Origin: Iphione sp. A-MEVVRFRX5
Taxonomy: Eukaryota
Length of the DNA stretch: 64,000 nucleotides
Assembly (NCBI GenBank): GCA_976226885.1
Contig: OZ320319.1
Coordinates: 7,006,001-7,070,000 of the forward strand
Direction of reading: 5' to 3'
Made by a program: the position numbers and the translations under genes. The notes beneath the pieces are model-generated. The model saw nothing but the letters and a program-made list of their open reading frames with translations, did no database searches and had not been told where the DNA came from. Of this stretch, positions 32,849 through 47,918 are shown in pieces. How positions within the stretch are numbered: the stretch's first letter is position 1; each line of letters opens with the position of its first letter.

Positions 32849-33214
32849 CAGAGGCTCTCTCTCTGTTTAGGTATTCATATAACCAAAACAATTCTTTCCA
32901 AAATCCAAACAAATTTCAGAAGAATTTAGACCATTTTTGACAATTTTTGAATGAATTTTGCTGACTTTTGGCTATTTTTGGACAAATTTGGCTGACTTTT
33001 GCCAATTTTTGGACGAGTTTGGCTGCCTTTTACCGACTTCGGGACGAATTTGGCTGACTTTTGTAGGTATCCAAAGTATTGAGGTATGGCCTAGGGCCCT
33101 GCTGAACAGACTAAAAATGACAGTGGCCTTAGGCCACCATTTAAAATCCAAATTTTCCAAAATCTGAACGATTTGAGCAGAAACGGTAATCGTTTGTTTT
33201 TTAAATATCCTCTG
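32849..33214. mobile_element. MITE (CAGAGG...CCTCTG, TA TSD), same family as 50159-50600 and 50617-51022
   Basis: TA|CAGAGG at 32849 and CCTCTG|TA at 33214; shared internal TTTGGCTG repeats and CCTAGGG...CAGACTAAAAATGACAGTGGCC block. Confidence 0.75.
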
Positions 33215-33909
33215 TATTTGAAGGGTGCAAACTAGACTTGAAGAGGGCAGGATAAGGTGTGAGTGCTTATTTTACTCTTCCCTGGGGTGAAGTTCAGATC
33301 TCAAGATAGAAGAACAAGTAATTAGGGTTTTGTTTCAAATCAATGGAGTAAGGACTTGATTTAATGATTATCGCAAGGTGAGGATTACACCCTGGTTTTG
33401 TACTAGAAATAGTGATGGACTTAGAGATTATAGAGAGATTCAATCTGTCCTATAGAGTTGTGTTTGAAATAATGGACTGGTGTAAATAAGATGTTACACT
33501 GTATATATATAAATATATATATATATATATAATGGGTGGGACGTGGCTAGTTCTTTCCCTTCTTATTGCTACCAGGATCTGTCAAAAAAAATAGATATAT
33601 ATATGACCCTTTTGAATATATACTGGAAATAACTTTCAACTTAATACTGCTAATATATGTTAGGTGGCTACATGTTTCTTTTTCACTACATTCAGGCCAA
33701 GAGAATGTCACATATAAGTTTCTTGGTTAATCCTTGTGCATTGTTTTGACCATCCTATAACTAACTGCGATGATAACCACTTTATGTGTCTTTATGTCTG
33801 TTGGTGAAAAAATATTTACCTGTTATTAAAAAGGTTTTGTATTTCACATTCGAAAACGTACATTATAAAGGGAAAAATGATCATGAAAAAGTAATGAAAA
33901 CTAACTTAC

Positions 33910-34394
33910 CATGACTTAGACTGGAAATAGCGATTGTGAGGTCACTAACATCATGTTATTTTTCATAATGAGACTATTCACGTGATTCCCATCATAGATA
34001 CATACTTAGGAGGCATGTAGGATGCAGAATATATGTGTTACATAGCTGCACAAACTACTGTGATGAAGCATATAGCATAACATAAAACTAACTCAAATGT
34101 GGCAAAAGACTAGGAGTTTAGCATGACACAATTTATTTCTTCTTGTGATATTTACATAATTACTTTTGTATTTAATTCAACTATACTAATGTTGTGTTTG
34201 AACTGTATTCATATTAATGTATTTGTATGTTGCGTTAAATGTATTTTGTATGTACAGAAAATAATATCTGTTCATTACAACGACTATTGTCATGGAGAGC
34301 TCTGTACATGTTTTTGTGGAGAGACAATAAACATATATATTCATTCATTGATTCATCCAAGAAATATCACTTCTTCCAAGTGATGTAGCACCAT
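33910..34394 (-). pseudogene. C-type lectin fragment D: signal-peptide exon split by a ~430-bp insertion; downstream CTLD exons not found
   Basis: MVLHHLEEVIFL (from 34394) and AISSLSHG|GTAAG (to 33910) align with copy C exon 1; flanking intron and 5' UTR-exon donor (34520-34515) are paralogous to 49.5-52.0 kb. Confidence 0.7.
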
Positions 34395-34611
34395 GACTCT
34401 TTAGCTTAACAAACAAAATAAAATAGTGACCTATGATTTAAACCAGCAACTTGATCTACAAGTTTCAAGTGTATTGAAAATGAGATAATTGAATGAATCT
34501 TACCATTCTGTCATACTCACCTTCAGCTCAAAAAGATTAACAACTGGTTAGATATCCATTTGATAGTTTTCATATGTTTCAGTTTATGAAGACTTTTCTG
34601 GTCTTGAAGAG

Positions 34612-34700
34612 CTAGCACCAGTGGAGAATTGAACCCCAGACCTTTGGTATGAAAGGCCAACACCTTACCATCTGAGCTAAAGGGGAAACCCCACTAGCTG
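34612..34700 (-). mobile_element. tRNA-derived SINE head
   Basis: Minus strand: TTTAGCTCAGATGGTAAGG (A box) ... GGGTTCAATTCTCC (B box); no acceptor-stem pairing. Confidence 0.65.
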
Positions 34701-34799
34701 AGGGCTAGAGGTTGACCTTATGGCATCACTAATCTAACACTCTTCTTTACACAGTTGAATTGACATGTACCAGCATTTCCCTCAAGTGGACAATGTGCG

Positions 34800-35210
34800 G
34801 CTTGATCTTTGCATGGAGGCGAACAAGGTTGAAAAGGCTCCTATCACTTTTTGTGTGGATTTGGAGCAAGAACATATCCTTGTTGAACACCACTGCAGAT
34901 CAGGAAGGGTTCTGGTGATCTGTTGTACTGGACTTTGCCTCGCATGTCTTCATGGCAGGAGATATCATTTTTAAGGGCTTACAGGAACATCCTATCCTGT
35001 GCAGTAAGGAGAAGAGGCTGTTTCTATGGACCAAGTTTCCCAGCTTTGATGACCTGGGGTGGAATGCTGTCACTTCCTGGTGCTTTACCACAGGACAGGG
35101 TGTCAATCACCAGATTTGAAGGGTTTACTTCCCTACACTTGGCCATTGGATCAGTTAAAGATCTCCTCCATCCTTTAGCCATTGTCTACAGAAGCAGCTC
35201 CTCCAGCTAG
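34800..35210 (-). mobile_element. RTE-clade RT remnant (copy in duplication unit B)
   Basis: GKAPGSDSIPPQVIK and EPFLICSGVQQG motifs; paralog of 2395-2835. Confidence 0.7.
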
Positions 35211-38200
35211 TGGTGTAGTGTTGACACTTCCCCCTTATTTGATTTGGTTATTCAGACAGTGTACTAGGGTGTGGCACTTGGAGCCAACGCATAAGAGATT
35301 TAGGAGATGAAGGAGGAGCTGTGATGCCTGTCTGCCTACTATGATACAGTTGCCAGATATCAAAGGTGCTGCTTCTATCCAGGCCCCCATTCTGGGATAA
35401 GGTTATCCCAATCACAAAAATGTTATATAAATGCTATTTCACCACTTACACAAGAGACATGGTACATCATCAGAAGCTACTAAGGAGTCAGCAAATGTGG
35501 CTTGAATGTGGAAGACATAGAAGTAGGTATCAGTGCTTGTGACACATGCAGTTGCTGACCTGGCTGTTGGTCAATAGAGGGGGCCATATTGTGCACTCTC
35601 CATGGCAGTCCTTGGCTTGGAGGTGAACAGACATGCTTTGAGAGGTAGGTGTCTAGTGGTCATATGAGTGGGACCCTATTCCTTCTTTGTGCACAATATA
35701 TAGGCAGGGCCATTGGTCTGACCAGCCTGTAACCTAAACTGAGTGGTGCGAGTTGTGGTGTCCCTGACTTATGAACATATACATTGTTTGCACAGTGTTT
35801 CCAGCACACCAGTGGTTACCCCAGGCCACTGTAACCCTGGTGAAAGGGGGTGAGTGACCTTGCATGAGAGCATTCATACTCATCATGGCTGTTCACACAC
35901 AGTACTGACATACACAAGCTGTTGCCCTAACCACTGTAACCTTGGAGTAAGGGGTGTTAGTGGACTGATATTGGGAGGTCACAGTTCATGTTTGTCAGTA
36001 CAATTCTAGAGACTTCCCTGTGGTGTTCCCCCACAGGTTGAAGCAAATTTTTGCGCTTCCAATCCACCAGTGGTCAGCCCAACCGCTGTAAACCTGGTAC
36101 TGGGGGGTGGGTGACATGCATGTGAGTATGCATACTTATCATGGCTGGTGTACACCCACTCACATAAACTCGATGACACCTTTCAATAACCATTACATCT
36201 GCCGCAGCCACATCAGAGATTGTCCACCATCTTTTTCACCCAGCCTGACATTAAATAATTTTATTTCCAGGGTGGTGGTGTGGGCGGGGGGGATGGCCCC
36301 TGAGGAAAATCGTTTGTGGTGTGTGGGCAAGCCAGCCATCCTTAGCGTTGTCTGTGGTTGACTCAGTGACCTCTACTTCAGGACTTTGGTCCCACTCACC
36401 AACTCTGTTGGATGCTGACTTGTGGAGCACACCAGTGGTTATCCCGGACCACTGTTACCCTGGCAAGAGGGGGTGAGTGACTTGCATCATGTGTACCTGT
36501 CATACGCTGCCGCATACCAGAATTGGGCTACCTAAATGACAAGGCTCTGTTGTCCCAATACTGCAACCAGATAATGTGCACTGTAGATTGGTCTGCTATG
36601 TGCATCAGGGTTTGTGTGCTTGGTGTGTTCTGTTGAATTAGCAAGGACAGTTGAAAAACATGTTGCTATTACTCAGTCAACCCACCTACTACACTTTCAA
36701 TTCATTCCAGACAATCTTGCATTGACCCCAACAAGGCTCTGTGTTATTAGACAATAGCAACTTACTGCTTTGGTTCCTGCCTACTACCATGTAGTGTCTC
36801 TATGTGTTGTTCATTGGTCACTTCAGCTAGTGGCAGTTACACCCAGGAAATGGCTGGCCCTCTGACTGTGTCTTCACTGCATGGTCATTGTTGGCTGTCA
36901 GCCCAGTGACTACCTTTCGTGTCAACCTGTGTGCTGTCATTGTATTTCAAACTAGAGCATGTTGTACATGTTGTACACAATATGGGTCAAGCCACATGTA
37001 AGTTGCCTGTTAGAATAGGTATAATTGTCCAGCCCTCTTTTTGTGAATATGGTTGACTGAGGGCAAGAGGCCTGTAGGTTAGCTTTATATACAAATTTTA
37101 GATGATGCCCCTATCACCATGTCTTCACATTCCGATGTTGTAATCAAGCCTTTATATATTTCTTACCAGGTATCACAATTTTATTGCTGCTCTAGGGAGG
37201 ACAAGCTAAATGGCTGTGGTAGCTGGCATGCAGTTTCTTTGTAAAGGTGTAGAATGGATTAAGATTTTGTTTGAGTAATTTTGAAGTTGAATTTATAACT
37301 GACTAAACCAAGTCAATCTCCAGATGAAAAGAAGCATAGACTATTTCAAAGGTATATTTGAGGATACTTATAATTTGATACTAGGTTCTGATTCTAGAGC
37401 AGCCAATTATATTTCCATTTTTACATTAGAAACATTTACCATCCATTTTGTCTATGTGGGAATACTTTTCTCATTTTGGCTCCTTTGAATCAGTTCTTGC
37501 TGTAGCCTTTGCTATATTTTTTTCATCCTGTATTAGCCTGTTTCTTGTTGAATGAATCTGTATATTATTTCATACAAATATAGATATCATGGATAATGTG
37601 TTGGCTGAATTGTCCAAATAACCATTATGACAGTGATTCAACTCTCACTGAATCTTCCCCCGAAAATACTTTGCAATACATGTACTTCTAAAAAGTTTAT
37701 CCATTCTAAATCTAGAGCACACCAATAGATTTTCTCTTACTTCCACAGTACTAGATAATCTTTTGTCATCATAACTTTCATGCCTCTACTGTATCCTCCT
37801 TACTTTTGTTGAAACACACTTGATACAGGAAGGCATGCTATGGATTTATGCAGTTTAGTAGTTTTATTTGTGGATGTGCTTGATAATATTGATCTTCCAC
37901 TTTAAAATCATTAGAATCAAGTTTCATCTGTTGATTTTTCCAAAAATTACTTTTTCTGGAGGTTTACAGTTCCTCTCCCTACATAGGCTTCTTTCTTATC
38001 AATTGTTATCAAGTTAAGAGCCATATAAAACCTTTTCTACCAAATATTTGCTGTTGGCAATTCATTTGGTCAAAAAGCATCATGTATTTGTGCATATAAT
38101 TAAAATGTAGTGCATGCATGTATTTCCTGAACAATCTGGATTGGGGTAATCCATCTCAAGTGATCCACATCAGATCCATTTCAGGTTCTATACAGATGAT

Positions 38201-38995
38201 ACTACATAGACAGGTATTGTACAATAAAGTAACTGTGACATATTTTTCTATATATGGCTATGGTGCAACAGGAGTTGGTAGCTAAATTTACCACAAGTTA
38301 TATTATGATTATGCAATCTCCTCCAGTCAAGACATATGTCTAGACAGTGTGTCAATTTTTAACAACTATTATTTAATCCTAAAGTATTGCACAACCATGG
38401 AGTATATAAGTAAGCATGTTTTCTTGAATAAACAGAGCCTTTCTCCTGGCACTTATGAAAAAGATCACCCCATGCACAACTATTTTCTTGTATTTGGAGT
38501 GAACCAGATTATTTATTTTGTCATTTGGTCAACCCCTCTACCTGCCAGCACTCTGGCTTAGACATGATATAAAATCATAAATACTAATTTGAACAAGTTG
38601 ATTCAATAAAATAAGTTTAGAATTTTAAAAATAACCATGTTGCAATAGATTATTGACCTTTCCAAAATTTTTATCCAAGAACATTAGACAGGGATGGCAA
38701 ATGACATCATAAGTTATTAAAGTAAAACAGATACAGACACATAATATAGGTCATGGTTAGATCATTAATAACACACAGTTTTATACAATAGCAATTAATA
38801 AAGCACTTATGACATATATTTCTAAAATATATCAAGAGCACCAAACACATATCAGAGTCATCTGAAATAATCAAATCATATTTTAGAAGATCACACTTTT
38901 ACTTTAAAGAATTTCTTACTTACATATAGATGAGTAACTTTTCTCTGATGGTGTTTCATAGTCTATCATTAAATAAAGCTAAAAAATATCATTTA

Positions 38996-41228
38996 TTACT
39001 CACTACCAATACAGGTTACATGTCTGTCTGATGAACAGGAGGCATCCCACCAAAAACATTGTTGAGGAGAATCTGAGTAATACATGACTACACAGTTTTG
39101 GATTGTTCCACCATTTGGTTCACCAGGAACCCAGATTATGGGAGATGTGAGAGGTACTCCATCATTCCAAACAAATGTATTCTCTACAGAGATGTCATCC
39201 AGTCCAATCCAATGATTTCTATTTGATCTTAAAGATTATACCCAAAATGAGAATATCAGATAATGGAAACAGATACCCAAGTTTACATAATTAATAGATT
39301 AATTTTATTCTTACCTACTTGTCAAGATCATTATAAGATTCCTAGAGTGATGTTGTGTGAATTCCATCCTGGTGATAGCTATCTATAAAGTTTGTTTCAT
39401 TGTAATAGTATTTTACAATTTTTTTTGTTTATGATTTAAACCAATTTGATTGGTCTACAGAATAACATAGATACAAATTTTCAAGAATTTACATCTATAA
39501 AAACCAATTTATTAGAATACATACCCAACAGATTTTATCAGATTGCACATAAGGTTCAATTTGGCAGTTGTGTTTAAAACTGGGAGTTGGCCACCACACA
39601 TGTTTTGTGCATTGATATAATTACGTCTCACACCCTTGTATGTAAAACAGGTGCCATTTGAACACTTTACAGTGTCACCTGGAAATCCAAGATAGCAAGG
39701 GGAAAGTTTATCTTTAGTGGATAAAGATATATGCATATAATATTTTCTGTGAGAAACTAACACCTGCAAACTTACTAACATCAAACATGAATCCAAATTT
39801 GCATACAGCAAACATTCTGATTTTTGTATGATATTGTTCTGTAATAAAGAATTATTCTGTTTAGAGTAGATGTGGTTGCTTGATGAAAATCAGAAAGTCT
39901 GCAATTATAAAGTGCATAGAGAATCTCTTTATTTATGAAAGATGTAGTAGGAAAAAGAAAAACTCTTAAATGATCCCTGAGTACTTTTGATCATCCCTAT
40001 GAAATTTATCATCATATTGAACTACTACATTATTGATCTCTCCATCAATTTATGAAGAATAATCTTCTTATGCAAGGTTTGGGGAAAGATGTGGTCAAGT
40101 GTTTATTACCCTTTAAATGTGTCTAAACCCAGCTGAAAAGGAAAGGATGTTAAAGTTTGAAAGATTTGAAATTAGTATGGGATTAGTTTCCTCAGGATTT
40201 TGACAGGGTTAAGCCAGTTTCACATGTACATGAGTTTTATGCTTTTGTATCTGATTGCAGTAGTTGGTTTACATCAAGACCTACAGAATTAACAGATCTA
40301 TTCACATTAGACTGTAAGGTCAGGTTGATGACCTATGTTACATAGAGTATTAGCATAAAGATGTTATACAAGATTATAAGTATAAAATCCTATGTGATAG
40401 AAATAAGCACTGGAACTAAGCTAAGAATATTCATCAATCATCTCCTTTCATCGTATATGTTTCATCCTGGAACCTATATACTGTTCACATGAATATCAAC
40501 TCCAGAAATAAACTATCTAAAACAAAATCTTATCACCATGCATTTGCGAAAGTCCACAACAGGTGGCTTTGGCAAGTTTTTGTGAAAACAATAGATTTCT
40601 ATAGTAGAAGACAGCTGGTCAGCATATAGTATTATAGCATTGATGCACTCAATGGGGTGGGGGGTGTACATGTTCAGATGCAACTGTGAGATTTCCAACT
40701 GTGTACATGTGAAATGCACCTTAGAGTGTGAGAAGGTTTTCTTATGTTCAATCGTTTGGGTGTGAGGATCCATGAGGAGAGGAGAAGGTGGCTGGAGAGA
40801 AGGAGGTGGAGTTTGGGGATGGTGTCGGATTGAGATAAGCTCCTGTTGGGTAATTGGGGATGATTTACAGAAATATTTTTACTTATAAAAGACTTTACAT
40901 TTTCATATATGAAGGCATGAAGAGTAAAAGGAAGCAATGTGTACCTATAACCTGAATCTGAATGAATAATATACACTCTATCTATAATCGAGTTGGTAGG
41001 TACTTCTTCATTTAGAGCACAGTTTGTTATATTTCACTGCTATTTTTCTAGTTAATGTATATATGTATAAACATATTTCTAATACAAACAGACTTTGCAT
41101 TATTTTATAAGGTATCATACAGAAAGTGAGGTACACATTATAGAAAAAATAATGAAAGATGGCTTACCACGACTTATGCAGAAAACATGGTATAGAAGAA
41201 ATACCATTCGACCCACATAATTAAGCAT
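38996..41228 (-). CDS. Secreted single-domain C-type lectin, copy B (148 aa, EPN motif); coding exons 41228-41168, 39678-39525, 39227-38996
   Basis: Same exon sizes (61/154/232 nt) and phases as copy A; WIGLDD, GEPNGG, NC, WWD; open frame to GSE*. Confidence 0.88.
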
Positions 41229-44200
41229 GATGACTATCTATTGTACCAATCTGTGGAGTGATCCTTTTGCAGATGTCCCTTAAATGAAACAATTATTCAA
41301 AATTGAACTTGGTACCCTTTTATGTACACAATTTAATTACATCAAAAAAGAGAATAATAGTTATCCTTACCATTCTGTCACACTCACCTTGACCTCCATG
41401 GCACTGACAACTGTCTAGCTACATCTTTAATAGCTGTTATATGAGAAGGCACTCAATCCATGCATAGAAAGGTATGATTTGCAATATTCATTAGTAAGCA
41501 TCTTTCAGGACAATACACCATCCCCTACTACTATTGGCAGCTTATGAACAATTTTCAATATAGCATCCATGGTCTTACAAACAAGGCAGTTACCATTATG
41601 GCATGACAAATTCTACTGCTAATAACATCACAGGTTAATAGATAAAAAGTCTTTTGTCAGATGAATGCACATGCACTTGAAAGCTATCAATATATAAATA
41701 TTCTCATGAAATATTCACTTCCAAACTTACAGCATAAGTAAGACCACATAACTCACTTGAAGCTTTTTGGTAATAAGGTACTCATTCTGATAAAAAGTTG
41801 GATATGATTGTTGATGTCATTTATCATACGTAAATTTTATACAAACTAGAAAATATATGTATTAAAAAACAGATACTTGTCAAAATGACACAAATTATTC
41901 CAATATATCTACAGATAATTAAATTCTATTCTAAGCTCAACATATTGATACAAATTATAGATGAATTTGAGGATATGAAGCTTTGAATTATACTAAAATG
42001 TGTAATGATGAATCTGGAGGCATGAATATGGTTACCTATTAATCTGGAACATGCCTTTCAAGACCAGAAATTTAGTCCTTGAATTAATTCATTCAAATGT
42101 GGAACTGACATAATGCATAGTATCATGGGTTTCAGTAATTTATTCTGGAAAGAGGTTGAAGAATGTCTTCATCATTTTTAGGGAATGTGGTTTCAACCAA
42201 TTTACTCTCATAAGGTCCAGTATTAGGGAAAATGTTTTTTATTGCAATTACTTCTGTAGCAGTAACAAAGTAACCGGGGATAGAAATACGCTTTAAGGCT
42301 GATGGTTATTTGGCAATGAGAATTGTCAAATCGTTAATATCTTTGAAACAATTGGAGAAATGGCTAGCAATAATGCAACTTTTACTCTTTACCTATGACA
42401 CTGAATGTAACAGTCAAAGGTAAAATAGTAAAAGATGTGCTATGGCTACCTATATCTAATTTTGTCTCCTAGATATGTGCAATGGCCCCATGCAGGTGTC
42501 ATATTCCAGCTGAAGTATATTTTACCCTGATTTTCCTCCTCTTTTAAGCATAGTGCCCTAAGAACATGTGACAAAATTAACAAAACGGGTCATAACATAA
42601 GATTACAATAGCATACAAAACACATTTCACGATATTTCAAATGTATTATACAATGAATTAAAATCTGTCACACTGAACCTTCATCTATATCTACTAAGAC
42701 AAAAGCCAGAATATCACAAGGGTCATGGCATATTTTCATTGGATTTAGTGATGAAGGAAGTTAGTATATCTGAGCATGTCTTAAAAGAAAAATGACATTA
42801 AGATGTTTTTATGGATAAAGGCCTTCTTTTTAGGTCAGAGTTGAAAATTAAATTAAAGTCAGAGTTAACCAATCGATCTTATTGATGCTCCATCATATGA
42901 CCAGGGATCAGGTACACAACATTGGTTTCTTGTCAATGCTTGATTTAGAAAATGTGGTCATGTAGCTTAGGTAACAATGTAGGAGAAAATATCAGGTAGT
43001 ACCAAAATCATGTATTCTAGTGAGCTGTACTCTCTGAACTTTATGGCTAATACATGGTTGTCTACAATATGTGCAGTAATATAAAGAATATCAACATGCA
43101 TAGATGTTATAAATTTACTTTTTCAAGGAGTATGTGATAAGATACATATGGACATTTACCACAATATTGTTCTTTAAAGTCAAAAATCCAATCAATCAAA
43201 GCCACCTAATTCAAGATTATCTATGCCTGACTTAATGTCTTGAATAATAAATGTGGAGTTCCAATTTGGCCACCTGATGAAGATAGCCTCATGACAATAG
43301 ACCTTTCCTAATGATCTTTTTATAAGGTATTACTTTTACAAGTGCATTTTACTTGCTACGATCATGTACAATGTAGTTACTGTCATTGTTCTCTGAGACT
43401 TGAAGCATGAAATTTGACCAAAATTCTTTCAGATATTTCCTCCCTGTCCAGATACCACTTGTCATTACAACCAAGATGGTGCCCCTAATCACATCTTCAA
43501 TAGCAGCACTGGATACACTGACTAAAAATGGCTATCCCAAAGGGCCTTATAACACGATGGACTAACCCTGAGGTATGGGGACCACACCGTCATTCAAAAT
43601 TGAATATCTAATCCAGACAATCTGGACCTCATAGGTCTGTGATTGCAGATTCATCAAGCACATTACTCGGTCCTACCACGTTCCATCCAGGATCCCTCTG
43701 GCATGCCTATTGGCATGCTCTGACGATCTACTTATTTTGTAGAGTCAGCTCCTGTTAGTTTTCTGCACTTGCTCAGAGTGCTAGTCATGACTTAATATAA
43801 ACAATTATGCAATATAAAGATAATGCAATATTTAAAAACACGAAGAAATACTATTATAAAACATTAACACTGGTGCCTGATGAGATACTATTGTCAAAAC
43901 CACAAGTATGCTAGACCATACATACATTCTGTATGTAGTGGTCCCTGCAGACCTAGTATCCCCCTCCAAGACAACACAAAACATTCTGGAGTCTATTAGC
44001 CAAGAATACTTTATATAGCAAGATATCTTTATATAAAGAGTATTAGTGGTCATATTTAGGACACTTCTGCACTTAAAATCTGTCAGAGGCATTGTGGGAT
44101 ACTACAGACCCTGCCATCAACCAATGAGAACAATTGTTCATATGCTGCTTCACAAGGCGGGGGGGGGGGTTACCCCACTGACATGCGCAGGATTGGAACT

Positions 44201-44468
44201 TTGTGATTACCCTGTCATACATGTAGTAGCACAATACACAGTCATCGTCAATCGTATTTCTGTTATCATAATTTTACTGCTGCTCTATAGAGCATTAACT
44301 AAATGGCTCTGGTAGCTAGCATAAAGATTCGCTGTAGAGGTATAGAATTAATGTCTGTTTGAGTAATTTTGAAGTTAAGGTCATACCTGACTAAAATCAG
44401 TCAGTCTCTAAATGTAGAGAAAATTAAGCTCTTTCAAATGTATATATGAGGATACTCAAAATTAGATA

Positions 44469-44911
44469 CAGTTGAATGCCAATTTGTGACCAAACCAGAA
44501 ATATGACCATTTGAGCTCAAAACGGAAATACTCGCCTCTATTACGCCTTATATCTATGTATCAATTTGTGACCAGACTGATTTTCAACTTCAACCAAGTG
44601 TTTTAGAGTTATTTTCATTGTATTTTGATACCAATTTGTGACTATTTGAAGGTTAAAGGTCCCAAGAAAAGAATGCACAGAGGTGTAAGAAACTCATGTT
44701 GTTTTAGGCAGAGGTGTGAGGAAACTGTCTCTGATGTGCATGCGCATAGACTGGTAGGCAGGTTTACACCAAGAATTAGTGGATTTCGACTGCTGGAGGA
44801 GTAACTGTAACGCCTCAGATGTCCATGCTCATTACCAATTTGTGACCAATATCACTAATCTTACCACTTGAGCTCGGCCCCAAGTGGTGATCAAAAATCA
44901 GCATTCAACTG
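44469..44911. mobile_element. 443-bp MITE-like insertion with 11-bp TIRs (CAGTTGAATGC) and internal CAATTTGTGAC repeats
   Basis: TIRs at 44469 and 44901-44911; empty site visible in paralogs (TTTGATA|CTAGGTT at ~4914 and ~37375). Confidence 0.8.
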
Positions 44912-46059
44912 CATTAGGTTTTAATTCTAGAGCAGCCACCTACATTTCCGTTTTTATGTCAAAAAACCATTTGTGACCCATTATGTCTACTTGTGGTTAG
45001 TTTTGCAGATTGGGGCTTTTGGGGTTGGTTCTTTTTGCATCCTTTGCTCTCTTTTTCATCATCTTAGATTCTGTTGCTATTTGAACAAATCTCTGTATCA
45101 TTTCATAAGAAGTAGAGATATCAAGGATAATGTGTTGGTGGAATTGCACAAATAACCCTCATAACAGAGTGATTCAACATTGCATAGTTAGCCATTCATT
45201 TTACCAGTTCAGAACCTTCATGTTTATGCACATAATCATCTGAGCTGCTCATCTGTATAATAACTTCTTTTCCAGGATCATCCAGTCTAGTTTTGAAATG
45301 AAAATGATATGTCTTTTATTGACCATCTTCGTACAAAGTTTTCTGGGGAAAATAAAAACAAAAGAACATGATACATGGATATACAACAAGGGGCCAGAGA
45401 AGAAAAATAGTACATTACAAAATTAGCATCAACCTACTAGACGAATTTATGGGCGGCTAGAGGGTTGTTGCAGTTCTTCATAAGTCCATTGATGGTACAG
45501 CATTTTAGGGTCAACAGTAACTTAACCATTCATCTACAATGAACTGCATGCACATACACGCTAATGCTCATAATGAATCATATTGAACTTAAACTTGAAA
45601 GGTGCTAAGGAGATAAGTGTCACAACAACCCAAAATAGCATAAAATTTTAACTTTTCTTCCCAGCTCCTAGTTGACCACATACTACAGGACTTGTAATGC
45701 AGTTAAAAGATGCATATTCTACTACAAGTAAAGTAGATAGCTGGTTCTGCCAGATTTTGTATAAAGACTACAATACACCATGTGGAAATTCATCAGTACT
45801 CATTCAACCTAAGCATGTCATGTCTCATTTGGAGTCTATTGTTCCACAGTATACTTGAGTAGTGCAGGTTGTGGATGGTGCTCGAAACATGGCTCAATCA
45901 AGCCTGTGCAAGATATGTCTGGTGTAACCGAGTCGCAAGGTAGCAAGTAATTTTCGGTTGGAAGGGCCCATGCCAGACATGATGATGCCTCAGTTGTTAT
46001 CGAGTCCAATGTGATGGGTAAGCACAGAGTTACCAGCGATGGGTCTCCTTAACCATCAC

Positions 46060-46620
46060 ACAAAGCATCAGATGCACGTTCGTTGCATCTGACGCAGGCT
46101 CTGAAGTTTGGCCTTTCTGATGTTTTCACAATATCTGGGAGGTTGTTCCAAACCGAAACAGCCTTGAATCATAGGCTGCTAGCACGGAATTTGCTTTTTC
46201 AGTCTGGGTAGACATCCAGACCCTCGTTTTTTGTCGGTTGAGTCATTGGCAACAGCTCAAGTCGATTCGGTTTGTGAGTCGTTGAGAGTGCTTAGTGAAG
46301 AACTAGATCCACGACCCTCTCAATCTTTAGGCGTGCATTGATGGCTCTCGCTGAAAGATGCTGCCCGATCTGTACGCATAAACAAACACACCGACTCAGG
46401 TGCCTCTGCAAATTGCGGACGAGCAGCCGTAGCAGAGAATTGCTCCATACTGTAGGTATGGAAGTGCAAGGGCCTTGAACAATCCTAGGCATCTGTCTAG
46501 CGGCAGTAGCTGCTACTCGTTCCCGATTTTCAGGGATGCTGCTGACATCTTGGCTTTGACGGCGTCTTGTATCGTGTCACTTGACATCAAACATGTAGCT
46601 AAAAAGTCATAACTTAGAGA
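46060..46620 (-). mobile_element. Degenerate 3' pol fragment of a CR1/L2-type LINE
   Basis: Minus-strand translation LFKALALPYLQYG and a later frame-shifted VWNNLP, typical of the CR1/L2 RT C-terminal region; disrupted. Confidence 0.45.
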
Positions 46621-47918
46621 CCATCTCGAGATTTGACCCATGCAGGATGATCTTGAAGAATCTTAGGCATAGTTCTAGTGGCAGTAGCTGCTTCAGTTTC
46701 CCGATTTTCATGAGTAAAAGGGCAAACAAAATAAGTGTGTTTCTACTTACTCACCCCTACATAGTAAAACCTCACCCTACCTAACAAGTCTGGCCCCAAA
46801 GAGTTCTCAAGGCTGAATTTCCTTAGATATGTGTTTTCACAGCACCTGATTTTGTAAATGCAGTAGAAAAGATTTGTGCAAATTCAGCAAAAAGCTATGA
46901 AACTCATGCAAATTGATCAAAATTCTTCATATTGTCTTTTTTTTAATAATACCCCTCTGCATACCTGAGGTTTTTGGCTGGTTGTAACCAGAAACTGTCA
47001 GACGAGGCTAACATTATAATATAAACTTTTGTTATCATAACTTTTATGCCTGTACTGTTTCGTCATTACCTTTGTTAGAACACATTTTATAGAGGGAGGC
47101 AAACTTTCAATTCATGCAATTTCATTGGATGTGTTTGCTAATATTGATATTCCACTTTAAATTCCTTAGAATTAATTTTCTTCCTTTGGTTTTATCTGGA
47201 GGATCACTGTTCTTCTTATGAAATAGGCTTCTTTCTTATCAATTGTCCTTTAAGTTAAGCGCTATATAATACCTTTTTTTTAATCAAATCTTTGATTTAT
47301 ATATCCTTTTTCTTTGCACAGTGAATGGCCGTGCCAATTGTTTTGGTCAAAAAGCAGCTTAATAATGAAATAAAACATTTTGTTTAAAACGTTTAATGGT
47401 TTTCATTAGCCTCATGTAAATAGGCATACAATTATATTCGAATTTAACAAATAGACTGACAGAAGTAAATATAATATCTGTACAAAAGGCACTAAGCAAT
47501 AGATAATTTACCTTTCCAGACTTTTGTGTTTCCTTGTCATCATATAAACAATGATTTACTTTGTTTCATCCTAGATCCTTATAGAGGGATGGCAGATGAT
47601 ATCATGAGTATAAGTATCATAAGTATCACAGATACAGACACATAACACAGGTCATAGTAAAGGTCAAAAGTAATAAGTCATAGTGAAGGTCAAAAGTAAC
47701 AAAATATGCAATACAATATTAATGAATAAAGCACTAATGACATTTTCCCAAAAATACATCAAGTGGTTAAAAAATATATTAGAGCCATCTCAAATAATGA
47801 AGTGTTTTTTTAGAACTAAACCTTTACATGAAAGAATCTATTGCATACATACAGATGAGTAATTTCTGTCTAATGCTCTTTCATTGCCTCTTAAATAAAG
47901 GTAAAAAGATATCATTAA

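Larger units (their letters stand above)
34800..43471. repeat. Segmental duplication unit B
   Basis: Colinear with 2395-10375, with several unit-specific insertions. Confidence 0.95.
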
